From the NCBI GenBank assembly GCA_043228905.1, contig JBHGNT010000016.1, positions 7,626,001-7,690,000 of the forward strand: a DNA stretch of 64,000 nucleotides, read 5' to 3'. Positions within the stretch are counted from its first letter, which is position 1, and each line of letters starts with the position of its first letter. This DNA is from Azolla caroliniana. Lineage: Eukaryota > Plantae > Polypodiophyta. Shown here piece after piece: positions 1 to 13,279 of this stretch. A program made the position numbers and the translations under genes. The notes beneath the pieces are model-generated. The model searched no databases and was not told where the DNA came from. It saw nothing but the letters and a program-made list of their open reading frames with translations.

Positions 1-218
1 GGCAAGGAGAAAGGCGGATCTTCAGCAATGAAGACTGGACCAGCCAAGAAGGGCCTCAATACGGGCAACGGTGAATTACGCCGGTCCAACCGCTAGAAGC
101 TCCGTCCCAACTCCGGACCAGAAGGTCCCTCCGGGGGCACAACTCAAGAAGAGCTGTCGCAAAATGGTGCGAGATCTCCAAATCGCACAGGCCCAGAGGG
201 ATAGCGGCGAACAGTTTC

Positions 219-1516
219 GTGACCGAAGGCCGCCAGCGAGGCATGTGGTGCGACGCGGTCGGCCACATCCGGAAAGAATGCGCGGATTTCGCCGAGGCAC
301 TCATGACCAATGTGGTGTACCTCTGGAATGGGCGGGTGCACGCGAGCAAGACCCGGAAAGCCCTAGAGTTGAATACGAGGCGCGGCGGAATGAAGTGGTT
401 AAGGGAAGAGGCTACGGCACGACATATAGCGGCCGTTAACTACTCGGCGTCGACGGGAATCGAGGTCGAGGGTGATGAGGTCCGGAAGGCGAAGGACTCC
501 GGATTCTGGCCGCTGGTGCTAGAGGGTCTCTCCAGAGTACGACTGAAGAAGGAAGAGGTAGACCGCGCAGAACGGCGGATCCGGGAGGTCACCGGATGGG
601 ACGACCCAGTGGAAGAAAAGACCGGCATCGTGGCAGCCGCATGCCAGAACTACGAGGTTTTGGTAGAAGACAAGCGCGCGGGAAAGGCCGGAGGGAGGGG
701 GTGGCCCATCGCAGTGGTACAAGACCCGGTTCGGACCGAAGCCGAATGAGGACGCCCACGCCGGCGCACCGGAGAAGAAGAAGCAGGCCGGTTTCCGGCT
801 AAGCACCAAAATCGAACGAACAACGGACCTACGGAAGGTCCTAGAAGAGAGAATTCTCGTCAGCAAGGTTGAGTTGTCGTTACGGGAGCTGCTAGGAATC
901 GCCAAGAAGGAGTTCCATGACTCCATCGTGGACTTGGTGAAGCGGAAGAGGCTATCGACGGAGCCGGAACCGGAGAGGCCGGTGGAAGTGCGGATGACGC
1001 ACTTAGAAGACACGGCCCTAGAGGATGAGTTGGCGGAAAGCCACTACGCGAAGCCGCATTGGGCTAGGGCCACTATGGAAACCCCTGTTCGGATCGACGA
1101 CATCCAGGAGCCGGTGGTGGCATTGGTAGATCACGGTTCGGAGATCAACCTGATGTCCATGGACTTCTATAAAAAAGGGGAAATGGCCGATCAACACCAA
1201 CCACGGGTGGAAGATACGCGCGGCGACGTGCGCTATAGAGGAGCTCCATGGTGCATGCCCGAACGTACGCGTGAAGATCGTCGATGTCGAGATAGATCAG
1301 CATTTCTTCGTACAAGAGACTTCCTCGCACTCGGTAATTCTCGGCGAACCATACATTACGGCAACACGCATGGAGACGAAAGTACTGGACAACGGTTCGG
1401 CGTATGCGTGCGTCAAGAGCCAAGACGGTCGGCATTCCGTCCAATTCATGACAGTGCAACCCAATCACGAGCGAAACTGCGAGACCCTCAGTGGCGACAG
1501 CCGAGGGGATTTTTAG
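219..1516 (+). pseudogene. gag C-terminus plus aspartic protease, frameshifted
   Basis: ORFs 219-749, 874-1548 and 1271-1516 align piecewise with ORF 36349-38289 (SLRELLGIAKKEFHD, HYxxPHWARAT, ...GDF*). Confidence 0.85.
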
Positions 1517-4500
1517 AGAGGGCTATCAAAGGCGTGGGGTCGCGATAGTTCGGACACCCCGGAAGAACCCCACACATGTATTATAGGTAGGAAATTTTTG
1601 CTCTCCGAAAACAGAGGTTGTACGTTAACGGGCATTAGTAGCCAGGAGAGGAAGCGGGCGGAGAGACGACTTATGGTGTGTGGAGTCCTCTCACACGACG
1701 AAGAAATTAGCGGTGCCATGGAGGCGATCTCTTTTGACGACACCTTGGGCGAATTACGAAAAGTGGTCGGTGAAGGCCTTAGCGAAGACCGGACCATTCT
1801 GGTTAGCTCGATGGGAATGTATGAAGTCATCGCGGACTTTGGGGGTCGGATCGGGTCGGATCGAACGGCCCACGTGGATACGAAGTATAAGATTGTGGAC
1901 CGGAAGGTGAGGCCAGTTGCGGCACCCTTGCCGGAGGGCAACCGAGAGCGGATAAAAGGGGTCGCGTCGGACCCAAGTTTACGGAAACCAGTCGGCATAG
2001 GGCACCGGTTCACCGACATAACGCTACAGGAGCTCAAGGTTGGTGGGGGTGGCTTTCTACTGCCGGAGGAGGAGGACCGGTTTCGGAGGATGCTAAGAAG
2101 GCACAGGAAGGCCTTCGTGTTCTCGTCGGAGGAGATCGGGTGTGTAGACCCGACAATCGTCGAGCCAATGGTGATCTTCACGGTACCGCATGTGCCGTGG
2201 AATCTCAAACCGATTCCGGTGCCCAGAGCTCACATCCCGATGTTGATGGAGCTACTGAAGCAGAAGGTGGATATGGGCGTCCTCGAACCGTCGAATGCCC
2301 CATACTCGAATCGTTGGTTCACGGTGCCAAAGAAGAACAGCACGTTGCGCTTCATACAGGACCTGCAACCGGTCAATAAGGTGACCATCCGTAACGCAGG
2401 GATCGGGCCGACCATAGAAGAGTTTGCGGAAGCCTTCGCTGGAAGGTCAATCTATTCGGTCGGTGACTTATACTCGGGGTACGACCAGTTCCAACTAGCC
2501 GCAGAGATCAGGGACATCACCACAATGAGGACTCCTCTCGGCTTGGTGCGGATGTGTACCTTACCGCAAGGAGGAACGAATTCGGTGGCGCACAAGGTGA
2601 GTGCGATGAACAAGGTGCTGAGGGAGTGCATCCCGGACATCACTATGCCGTTCCTAGAAGACATAGCAATAAAGGGGTGTCCGGTGGAGGATGCAGACGA
2701 AACGATTGGACCGGACGGATGTCGGAGGTTCGTCGTGAACCACATCAACGACTGCGATAAGGTGCTGCAAAGGCTCGAGAGCGTGCGGCTCACCTTCTCC
2801 GGAGAAAAATCAGCGTTCGGGCAGGCGGAGGTCCTGGTAGTCGGACACCTGTGCGGGCCCTATGGCCGGAAACCGTCCCCGGCAAAGGTAGAAGCCATCT
2901 CCGTGATGAAGGACGATTGCGGGTCGGTTACGGAGGTCCGCAGATTCTTGGGTGCGTGCACGTTCTACCACATCTGGATTCCGCACTACGCACACGTCGC
3001 GGAACCGCTCTACGGGCTATTAAAGAAAAGGCATAGGTTCGAGTGGAGGACGGAGCACACGGAGTAGGTCCGGAGACTGAATGGGGCGCTTGCCGGGGCA
3101 CCGGCTCTCCGGAAAGCGGTTTACGGTAAGGAAGTCCCCATCTACGTGACGGTGGACACGAGCCCGACCGGGATCAGGTGGGTGATCAGTCAGGAGGACC
3201 AGGACGGCGTACGGTTCCTGATCCGGTTTGGAGCGAAGGTATTGAGCGAGCGGCAGTGAGGATACGCCCAAGTTAAGCGCGAGCTATGGGGTATCGTTTC
3301 AGCAATTAAGGCCAACAAAGACTATCTGATCGGGACGGAAGTAATCATTCAGACGGATTGCCTACCGATTCTCGGTATGGTTTCCGGATGCGCGATGCCG
3401 GACTTGGCAATGCTCCGGTGGATAGCGTACGTCAAGTCCCTAAATCCAGAAATTCGACACATTTCCGGGAAGGACAATGCCATGGCCAACATGCTTTCGA
3501 GAGCGAGGTTCGATGACGAGGATGACATGGTTTCGGAAGACAAGGAAGTTGGCGTAGACTTCTTCGAAGCGGCCTACGTAACGACAAGAAAGGGGAGCAC
3601 TCCGGCGCTTAACGAGTTCGACGAGAGCGAATACGACGGAGAGGGGCTCCGAATCGGGAGGCTCCTACGGACGATGACACCGGACACAACGTGGACGAGG
3701 GAAGAGACCCACCAAGTGCAGAAGAAGGCGTAATGGTTCTTCCTACGGGAAGGGCGCATATGGAAGCACCCGAAGAAGCGAAGCGGCACCCCACTCCGCG
3801 TAGTGGCGAGGGAGGACGAGCAGAAAGCGCTGCTTATGGCGTACCACGAGAGTCCTTGGGCCGGACACCGCGGGACGTGCGCCACATTCGAGAAGCTAAA
3901 GGGGAAGTACTGGTGGTCAGGACTCTACCGGGACGTGCATCGGTTTGTGACGACTTGCGAAAGCTGTCAGGTGCACTCCATAGTCCGACATCGGGACGAG
4001 CTTCACCCGACCTACCCTCTGACCATCCACTTCAAGCGGATGGTGGATCTGGTGATGATGCCAATGGGGGTAGGGCAGATGCGGTATCTAGTGCTGGCTC
4101 GGGAGGACCTGACGAACCAGGTGGAAGGCCGAGCGTTGCAGAACAAAATGACCGCAGCCGTGTGTCGGTTTCTAATCAAAGATGTGGTATGCATGTACGG
4201 GTGCGTCGGCAAGATCGTGGCCAACCGCGGAGAATCAGAAGCGCAAGAGGCTTAAGAGTTGTTTGACCGGCTAGGGGTTAAACTCTCGCTCACCATGGCA
4301 TACAATCCAAAGGCTAACGGGAAGGTGGAACACGGACACGGACCGATCGTCAAAGCGTTAGTATGGGCGTTTGGAGGCCAAGTCGAAAACTGGTTGCGGC
4401 TCTTACCCTATACGTTGTGGACGGACCAGACTACGCACAGTTCGGTAATGGGGTTCATGCCAGTGGAACTAATGTATGGGCAGAAGCCGATCATGTCGGT

Positions 4501-4610
4501 GGAACGGACGATTTCTTCGTGGGCCGCGGTGGGCTGGAAGGACGAAATGAGTCGTGAAGAGTTGTTGGCGGCGCGGATCCGGAAACTTGAGTAGAGGCCG
4601 GAGGACGTGG
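1513..4610 (+). pseudogene. pol (RT-RNase H-integrase) with stops and frameshifts
   Basis: RT motifs DLYSGYDQ and LPQG are present; catalytic FLDD is mutated to FLED. Integrase HHCC (YHESPWAGH...CESC) is present. Truncated at ~4610. Confidence 0.88.
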
Positions 4611-5140
4611 AAAGAATACTTTTCTGGCCAATTCAACAATTATCTGCAGCAAACGGGAATTCGGCGATAGTTTAGCTGCAGATACACACCGCAACAGAAC
4701 GGTGTTGCCGAAAGGAAGAACCGATCGCTTATTGATGCGACAAGGGCTATGCTGGGAGGAGAAGAGCATGCCCAAATTCTATTGGGCGGAGGCAGTCCGA
4801 ACGATTGTCTACATCCAGAATTGGATCGGTGATAAGGTGTCAGCTCACGAGCTGTATTTCGGGCGCAAGATGAATCTAAGACACCTTAGGATATTCGGTA
4901 TTGTTGCGTATGTGCATGTACCGGATGAGAAGCGGAGGAAGTTGGATGCAAAATTGGAAAAATGCATCCTAGTTGGCTATATTCAAGAGTAAAAGGGTTA
5001 TAAATGTTATAACCCCCAGACAAAGCAGGTCCGAGTTAGTCGAGATGTCGAGGTTGATGAATCGGCATCGTGGTATTTCTTACCGACTCCGAATTCTGAA
5101 TCTGACCCGATGCCGGTGGATGAGGCTAGTGAGCCTGAAC
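4611..5140 (+). pseudogene. Ty1/copia integrase core and C-terminal fragment
   Basis: Reads EYFSGQFNNYL...YTPQQNGVAERKNR, YWAEAVRT, HLRIFG, KRRKLDAK..KCILVGY, typical of copia integrase. Confidence 0.8.
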
Positions 5141-5161
5141 CGGCCCAGGTAGAGGGGTGCA

Positions 5162-5791
5162 TGTCGTGAAGAAAACCGGCCAGAAGCGGAATCGGCGAAG
5201 CAGGGTGCATGAACCGGCCCGGCCCTACACTAACCCACACTAATTACTACCTTGTACATAACTAGGAGTAGGACGGTGGGTGTAAATAGACTAGATGTGA
5301 CGCATTGAATGTCAAGGAAATCAAGGAGTATCTCTGCCTGAAAGGAGAGAGAATAAATTGATGGGAACGAGGGTGCAATGGCCGGCCTCAACGGCCTATA
5401 AAAGGGAGGGAAAAAGGAAGATGAAGGTATCGCGTTTTGGGGACCGAGGACGAAGTGCTGTCGGACTAGGACCGAACTCCCTCCTCCATCGTTTGCTGGA
5501 TTTCGGACTGAGTGGTGTGCTTCATAGAAAGCCCGTGTGCTTCCGACTGAGGCTCCACAGCGCAGTCGGGGCTATGTGCGGGCGTGAGCATTGTGTGTGT
5601 GTGTGTGTGTTCGCCTGAGTTGGGCCCGTTACCAGCTTCTCGGTTGTAATCGTTACTGATTTGTAATTAAGTCTTTGCTCTCTCTCTCTCTTCGTCCCTT
5701 TGTGTTCCTGCAAGCTGCGCTCTCTCTCTCTCTCTTCTTTCTCACGCTCCTTGGTTCAAGGCCCCCATGCAAAGAGCGTAACAACACGACA
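5162..5791 (+). repeat. 3' LTR of element 1-5791
   Basis: Perfect 7-bp terminal inverted repeat TGTCGTG...CACGACA, the same end as the LTRs finishing at 42564 and 46465. TATAAAA at ~5397. Copia integrase resumes right after it. Confidence 0.8.
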
Positions 5792-7662
5792 ACGTCTTGG
5801 GTAACTTTGCATGTGCCAGCATACTCCGGACTCTCTCCATTATGGTCTGGTTCATCCTCTCGGCCAGCCCGTTTAGTTTTGGCGTCTTCGGCACGGTAAA
5901 TTCGAGCCAGATTCGCTTCGAACAATAGTACTCCTCGAACTGCCCCCGGTATTCTCCTCCGTTATCTGCTAGAACCGCCTTCAGCTTCTAGCCGGTTTCT
6001 CATTCCACTCTTGCGTGGAGCTCCTTGAAGACAGATGGCACCTGATCCTTCATCTTCAACAGTGTGGCCCACAACTTCCGGCTGTGGTCGTTTATGAATG
6101 TCACGAAGTACTATGATCTGGCATGTGACTTCGTGTCCACTTGACACACATCTGTATGCACCAGTTCTAGTAGTGCATTACGTCTCATCGGTCTCCTTGA
6201 GCGGAAGGAGGTCCGGTTTTGCTTACTGGCCAGGCAATCCGTGCACTTCTCAAGATGCACATCCTTCACCAGAATGAGGTTGTCTTCGGCTAGTCTTCTC
6301 ATCCCCTTCTCGCTCATGTGACACAGTCTGTTGTGCCACAGCTCACCGACAGTGTCGGAAGCAATGTTCACTTCTTCTGGGCTTAACCAGGTCTTCATCA
6401 GGTACATTGTGTTGACCTTTCGGGCCCGAGCCACTATCAGGCTCCCCTTGCTGAACTTCATGTCACCGTTCCTGATGCTACCCGTGTAGCCGTCATCATC
6501 TATCTGACCGGCTGATATCAGGTTCAATTGAACCTTCGGAACGTGTCAGACATCCTTCAGCAGCAACTTGCATCCGGTTGGAGTTGTCAGCCACACGTCT
6601 CATATGCCGACAATTCGGCATGTACCTTCATTCCCCATCCAGACATAGCCGTGATCATCGGCTGTGTAGGATGAGAAACATTTCTGGTCCGGGGTTAGGT
6701 GGAACGACGCTCCGGAATTGACAACCCACGTTGTCTCCTCGCCGTCGGCAAGGTGCAACTCACTCTCGTCGGTAATGAGCATCAACTCCTCTTCACTTGC
6801 CGTGATTGTCATCGTTCCCTTCTAGTCCGGTCCTCTCCAGTCTTTGTTGTTCCGGTCTGGTGACCGCTTCGAGTCGGTACTGTCAGTTTCCTTGTCTTTT
6901 CGGAAGTGCCAACAATTCTTTTGGAAGTGTCTCGGCTTGCCGCAATAGAAGCAAGTAGGCCTCCCCCTTGACTTTGACCGTGTCCCCGACTTTTCCCGGT
7001 TCTGGGGACTACGGTTCCTTTGTCTTCCGCGCTCCGATTCGGTAAGGAGCGCTTTGGAGTCGGAGCTCGTATCCTTATCTCTCTGACGCGCCTCCTCATC
7101 TAGCAAGCTGGACTTCGCTCTTGCTAGGGATAACCGTTTCCCTTCTGGCCCGACGTTGCCCAAAGTGACAACCAACGTCTCCCAACTATCTGGGAGGGAA
7201 CCGAGCAGGAGTAGTGCTAGTACCTCATCGGCGAGAGGTACTTCCAATGATGTTGCCTGGTGTATCAGCCCCTGGAAGGCATTCATGTGCTCCGCCATGC
7301 TGGAGCCATCTTGGTACCGGAGTCTTACTAGCTTCCGGAATACCGAAACCCGATTAACAGCATTTTTGTTCTAAAACATAATGTCGATCTTCTCTCAAAG
7401 CTCATGAGCCTTACTCTCTTCATTGAAGTTGTTGTACAGGCTCATGTTGATGAAGCACCGAATGTATGCCGTCGTCTTCATGTGCATTACCTCCCACACC
7501 GCGGTGTCGATCTTATCTGGTCTCTTGTCCCCGAACTGAACCAGCAACCAAAGATCTTTAACCACGAGCATGTCCCTCATCTTTGACTTCCACATTGAGT
7601 AGTTGGATCCAGTGAGCCTGAACATGCCTCCCAACGAATCTTCCATTTTCTATGTCGTTTCG
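5792..7662 (-). mobile_element. Ty1/copia 5' internal region (gag, protease, GAG-pre-integrase, start of integrase), pseudogenised, lacking 5' LTR and PBS
   Basis: ORFs 7395-7646, 6822-7298 (CFYCGKPRHFQKNC), 6600-6812 (WVVNSGASFH) and 6111-6527 (LWHNRLCH). The start matches the post-PBS leader at 16776-16800. Confidence 0.85.
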
Positions 7663-10600
7663 CCCGGTTATGCCCGGAAGAAGTGAACGTGGCTTCCGAC
7701 ACTGCCGGTGAGCTATGGCACAAGAGGTTGTGTCACATGAGTGAGAAGGGCATGAAGAGGCTTGCCAATGACAACCTCATTCCGGTGAAGAACGTGCACT
7801 TGGAGAAGTGCACTGATTGTCTGGCCGGTAAACAAAACCGGACCTCCTTCCGATCGAGGCCACCAATGAGACGTAATGCACCACTAGAGATGCTGCATAC
7901 TGATGTATGTCAAGTGGACACGAAGTCACATGCCGGATCACCGTACTTCGTGACGCTCATAGATGACCACAGCCGGAAACTGTGGGCCACACCGTTGAAG
8001 ACGAAGGATCAGGTGCTATCCGTCTTAGAACTCCACGCAAGAGTGGAAAGAGAAACTGTCTGGAAGACGAAGGATCAGGTGCTATCCGTCTTCAAAGAAC
8101 TCCACGCAAGAGTGGAAAGAGAAACCGGCCGGAAGCTGAAGGCGGTTCGAGCAGATAACGGAGGTGAATACCGGGGGTAGTTCGAGGAGTATTGTCGCTC
8201 GAAGGGAATCCGGCTCGAATTTACCGTGCCGAAGACGCCGGAACTAAACGGGCTGGCCGAGAGGATGAACCAGACCATAATGGAGAGGGTCCGGAGTATG
8301 TTGGCGCATACAAAATTACCCAAGATGTTTTGGGCTAAGGCACTTTCGATGGCGACATACATGATAAACAAATCACCCTCAGTACCCTTGGACGGAGGCA
8401 CGCCGCAGAGAGTATGGACCGGTAAGGAAGTGTCCTACTGGCATCTAAAGGTGTTCGGGTGTCTCGCGTACGTGCATGTTGCTAAGGACCGGAGAGGAAA
8501 GTTGGATCCAAAGACCCGGCCATGCATATTCCTCGAATACGGCGATGATGAGTTCGGCTACCGAGTGTGGGATCCGGTTGACAAGAAGGCTTTCTGGAGC
8601 CAAGATATTATCTTCATGGAGGACAAGACTCTTGCCAACTGGGAGTCAAAGAAGAAGATAATGAACTCTGATGAGATTCGGACCCACCCGGCTAAGAGCC
8701 GGTTGACACTCGAGGAACCAGCCGGTTACGGTGAGGATACCGAACCGGCATAAGAAGAAGTAGAGGAAGCTGAAATCGGAACCGGCCAAGACCCCGAATC
8801 GGATTCAGATGAAGAACAAATAGTGGAGCCGGTTGCCGAAGGCCAAAGACGGAGATATCCTCTCAGAGAGAGAACGGCCCCCCGGAGATTTCCGGATGCA
8901 GAGCATGTGCTGCTGACCGATGAGGGAGAGCCGGAAAGCTTCGAAGAAGCAAAGGATGACACCCACAGCCGCAAATGGTTAAGTGCCATGCAAGATGAGA
9001 TGATTCCCTGCATGAGAACCATACGTACGAATTGGTGGAGTTGCCGAAAGGAAAGCGGGCACTCAGAAATAAGTGGGTGTACAAGTTGAAGCCGGGAGAT
9101 GCCGACAAACCCCCGAGATACAAAGCCAGGATTGTGGTGAAGGGGTTCCAGTAGAAGAAGGGTGTGGACTTCGATGAGATATTTGCCCCGGTAGTAAAGA
9201 TGACTTCCATCCGAACGGTGCTGAGTATAGCGACAAGCATGAACCCCGAGGTAGAGCCGTTGGACGTGAAGACAACATTCCTTCACGGTGACCTCGAAGA
9301 GGAGATCTACATGCAACAATCGGAAGGATTCGTGGAGAAAGGGAAGGAGCAGCTAGTTTGTCGGTTGAAGAAGAGCCTGTACGGACTGAAGCAGGCTCCC
9401 CGACAATGGTACCGGAAGTTTGACTCCTTCATGACCAACCAAGGGTATCACAAAACGCAAACCGATCACTGTGTGTTTGTAAAGAAGTTCGAAGGAGGCG
9501 ACTTCCACTCCTTCTATACGTGGGCAACATGTTGATCGTCAGACGGGACCAAGCCAAAATACAGATGTTGAGGAAGGCTCTCAACCGAACTTTCTCAATG
9601 AAAGACTTGGGCCCGGCAAGACAGATACTGGGGATCCACATCATCCGGGACTAGTCAAAGAAGCAATTGTGGTTGTCACAGGAGAAATACGTGACAAAGG
9701 TGCTTCAACGGTTCAACATGTTAGAAGCAAAACCGGTCTGATCAACACTCCCGGCAAATTGCAAACTATCCGGTAAGCAAAGCCCGAAGACGAAAGCAGA
9801 GAAGGTGGATATGGTGAAAGTTCCATATGCCTCTGCCGTTAGGAGCTTGATGTACGCAATGGTGTGTACTCGGCCGGATATTGGATACGCAGTCGGAGTG
9901 GTGAGCCGGTTTATGAGCAATCCCGGCAAGGAGCTCTAGAATGCTGTCAAATGGATACTCCGGTATTTGAAGGGCACTTCGAATATGAGTCTCCGATTCG
10001 GCTCCGATAAACCTCAACTTGACGGTTTTACCGATTCGGACATGTCGGTTGATGTGGATACCAACCGGTCCACATCCGGGTATGTAATGACATATACAAG
10101 AGGAGTTGTCTCATGGCAGTCGAGGTTGTAGAAGACGGTTGCGTTGTCAACCACAGAGGCGGAGTACATGGCGGTTGTGGAAGCCGGCAAGGAAATATTA
10201 TGGATGAAGGACTTCATCGGAGAGCTCGGTATCCGGCAAGATGAATACCGGCTCTATTGCAACAGTCAAAGTGCCATCCACCTTGCTAAGAACGCAGCAT
10301 ACCATTCCAGGACGAAGCACATCCAGCGTAGGTATCACTGTATCCGGGAGCGAGTAGAAGATCGAGAGTTCGCGCTGACGAAGATCCACACAGCCGAGAA
10401 CGGGTCAGATATGCTGACCAAAATATTGATACCCGACAAGCTGGATGCATGTCAGAAGCAGATCGGACTAGTAAGACATCCCCTGTCGGAGTGAAGGGGG
10501 AGTTTGTTAGGAAACATGTCCCTCTGGATGGGAAGTGGGAAGACCCGGTGAGAACCGGATGATGAGTACCCGGCAACGGAAGACCCGGTGAGAACCGGAT

Positions 10601-11148
10601 GACAAGTACCCGGCAAGGAAGACCCGGTGAGAACCGGATGTTGCAGGCCTGGTGAGAACCTCTCATCGGATGGAAGGGACATAATATGTAAATATGTTCC
10701 ACAGAGCCCACTGGGGCTATATTTGTATATAGCTCGAAAGTCATATTAGTATAAATATGACCTAGAGCAAACTGAATGAATGAGATGATGTAGAGTTGGT
10801 TGTGTTATTATCGTTGTGGCGATAATTCAGAGTATAACTGTGTATAGAGAAGAGAGAGAGAGAGAGAGGAAGAGGTCGTTGCCTCTATTGTAACCGCCTT
10901 GTGGCGAAGCGAGGGAGCAAGAGGTCGTTGCCTCTGTGCCCCATTGTTGTAATCTCGATATAGTGATATTTTGCAGTCTGAGGGCTGTCGTGGTTTTTCC
11001 CAGATTTGGGTTTTCCACGTTAACATCCAGTGCACTCTCTTCTTTACTGTTTCGTGTGTAGATACATCTCACCACATCCCTGTTTTCTATGCTTGATCCA
11101 ACCTCTCGGTTGTGGCCGAGCATAGCTAAGGAAACCGTATTCCTTTCA
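7663..11148 (+). mobile_element. Ty1/copia 3' half (integrase, RT, RNase H pseudogene, PPT, 3' LTR)
   Basis: LWHKRLCH, ADNGGEY, LDVKTTFLHG, LKKSLYGLKQAPRQW, STTEAEY, HSRTKHI. PPT GTGAAGGGGGAG at 10491-10502. About 65-bp internal duplication at ~7997-8125. Confidence 0.9.
10505..11148 (+). repeat. 3' LTR of copia 7663-11148
   Basis: TGTTAGGAA...TTCCTTTCA after the PPT. CCGG-rich ~40-bp subrepeats, TATA and GA tract are shared with the LTRs at 16007 and 53461. Confidence 0.8.
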
Positions 11149-11253
11149 GAGTAGATAAATCCGCTTGTATCTTGCGTAACCGCTCCAAACGATCCTCTAC
11201 GCAAGGATTTGTGGGTAACTCTAGTGTTTCAAATACACACCATCGGGGGTGAC
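11149..11253 (-). mobile_element. Chromovirus C, integrase fragment (leftmost piece)
   Basis: Homologous to 27198-27300; continues at 17799 across TSD GTGAC. Confidence 0.75.
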
Positions 11254-11307
11254 TGTCAAGACTTGAGAATAGGAGAGAGAAAAATAAGATGACGATAGAA
11301 GGTGTAT

Positions 11308-11338
<31 letters not shown>

Positions 11339-12872
11339 ACTAGAAATGGAAAGAGAGTTCATATTATAAGAGAGCAAGGATTACAAAGAGTAGGTTAAGG
11401 GCCTACAAACTGGTGTTGAACCGAATGAGTTGTGATGAATGAATAGACACTTATTTATAGTGCTTAAATGGAGTATTCTAGAATGTTCTAGAATATTTTA
11501 GAGCTGGTTGTGTACAGCTCCAAAAGTGAAACATGGAAGACCAGGTGAAGATGCATATGAGGGGGAAGATCAAGGCGAAATGCCACATCATTGATCTTAC
11601 CAGATATCACATATGGGCCAAAACATTGATAATCCAATTTGCAGCAAGGTCAGGTTGTTTTAATGCGACCTTGTAAAAGCCATACTCGATCTCCCACTTG
11701 AAATGTAGTCGATGACGGTCGGCAACCTTCTTTTGAGGGTTTTGAGCATCACATAAATGGTGCAAAAGGATATCTTTAACTTCATGGAGTCGGATGAGCC
11801 GATCTTCAGTAGCTGGGTTTGTCAGGAGTTCGGGATGTTCAAGCATAGTCCAACGAGGATGGTACCCAATGTTTGCAAAAAATGGGGAATATCCAATAGA
11901 AGAATGTTCTGAGTTGTTGTAAGCAAATTCCGCCAAATGTAATTGATCAACCCAATCATCTTGTTGATAGTTGACAAAACAACGAAGATATTGTTCTATT
12001 GTTTGGTTGGTGCGCTCACTCTATCCGTTAGTTTCTAGATGGTCGCCGGAAGAGAGTTTGCAAGAAGTGTATAAGAGTTTGAACATGTGCCGCCAAAATT
12101 TTGAGATGAATTGGGGACACCGATCATTGATAATATCATCAGGAAGACCATGATGCCGAAATACCTCTCGCATGAGTAACTCGGTTGTCTCTTGGCTCGT
12201 AATGGCCTTTGTGCAAGGAAGAAAATGTGTCATCTTGGTATAACGATCTACTACCGTGAGAATAGAATCTAAACCCTTGGAAGGTGGTAGATCCGTAATG
12301 AAGTCCAACGAAAAAGATTTCCATGGACTCTTAGGAATAGGCATTAGTTGTAATAAGCCATATGCATGATGTTTAGGTTTTTTGGATCGGCAACATGTAT
12401 CACAACTACGAACATAATCTATAACAAAATGGCGAAGTCGTGGCCACCAATACCTTCGAGAAATTAACTCCAAAGTCTTGTGGATGCCGAAATGTCCAGC
12501 CATTGGTGTGTCATGACATTGTTGCAAGACTTGGAGTCGAGAAGGACCATCAGGCACATATAAGAGATTTTGTCGAAAAAGTAAACCATCATGCCAATTG
12601 AACTGGTTGTAGTCTTGACGAGGATTTTGAGATTGTGAACAAGAAGCACGATCTGGGATAATATGGTTCAAAATGTCTTGGGTGAATTCATTAATCTCAA
12701 TATACTCCCAAATGGAGTCCAGAAGACTTGAATCCCTGGGTGTGTCTATAGCATGAAATGTCATTAGTCGTAGACGGTCAGGACCCAAGAGGATTTGCTT
12801 CTAATTTTCAAATGCGGCCTCTCCTGGATGAAGTTCCATATACGAACACCGAGATAAAGCATCCACTTTTCC

Positions 12873-13279
12873 TTGTTGCATCCCAGGGCGATATAGAATT
12901 ACAAAATCAAAACGAGTTAAGAACTGTGCCCAACGAACTTGTCAACGACTCAAGACTCGAGCACTTTGAAAGTACATTAGATTTTTGTGATCATTATAAA
13001 CAATGATTTGTTGAGACGAACCCTCCAAAAAATGACGCCATTGTTGAAAAGAATCCACAATAGCAAGAAGCTCTTTGTTGCATCCCAGGGCGATATAGAA
13101 TTACAAAATCAAAACGAGTTAAGAACTGTGCCCAACGAACTTGTCAACGACTCAAGACTCGAGCACTTTGAAAGTACGTTAGATTTTTGTGATCATTATA
13201 GACAATGATTTGTTGAGACGAACCCTCCAAAAAATGACGCCATTGTTGAAAAGAATCCACAATAGCAAGAAGCTCTTTG
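12873..13279. repeat. 202-bp tandem duplication within the RNase H region of element B
   Basis: TTGTTGCATCCCAGGGCG... starts at 12873 and again at 13075; TTGT microhomology at the junction. Confidence 0.9.

Larger units (their letters stand above)
1..5791 (+). mobile_element. Degenerate Ty3/gypsy non-chromovirus element (same group as 35505-42564); 5' part lies outside the window
   Basis: Gag zinc-knuckle-like CDAVGHIRKEC, protease LVDHGSEIN, RT, RNase H and integrase fragments are colinear with and similar to ORFs 36349/38589. A purine tract at ~5147-5160 precedes an LTR. Confidence 0.85.

Noticed and set aside
5162-5924. Solo LTR ending at GAACA 5924
   Set aside because: 5792-5924 is minus-strand copia integrase. 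The true end is CACGACA at 5791, and the flanks (TGCA vs ACGT) do not form a TSD.
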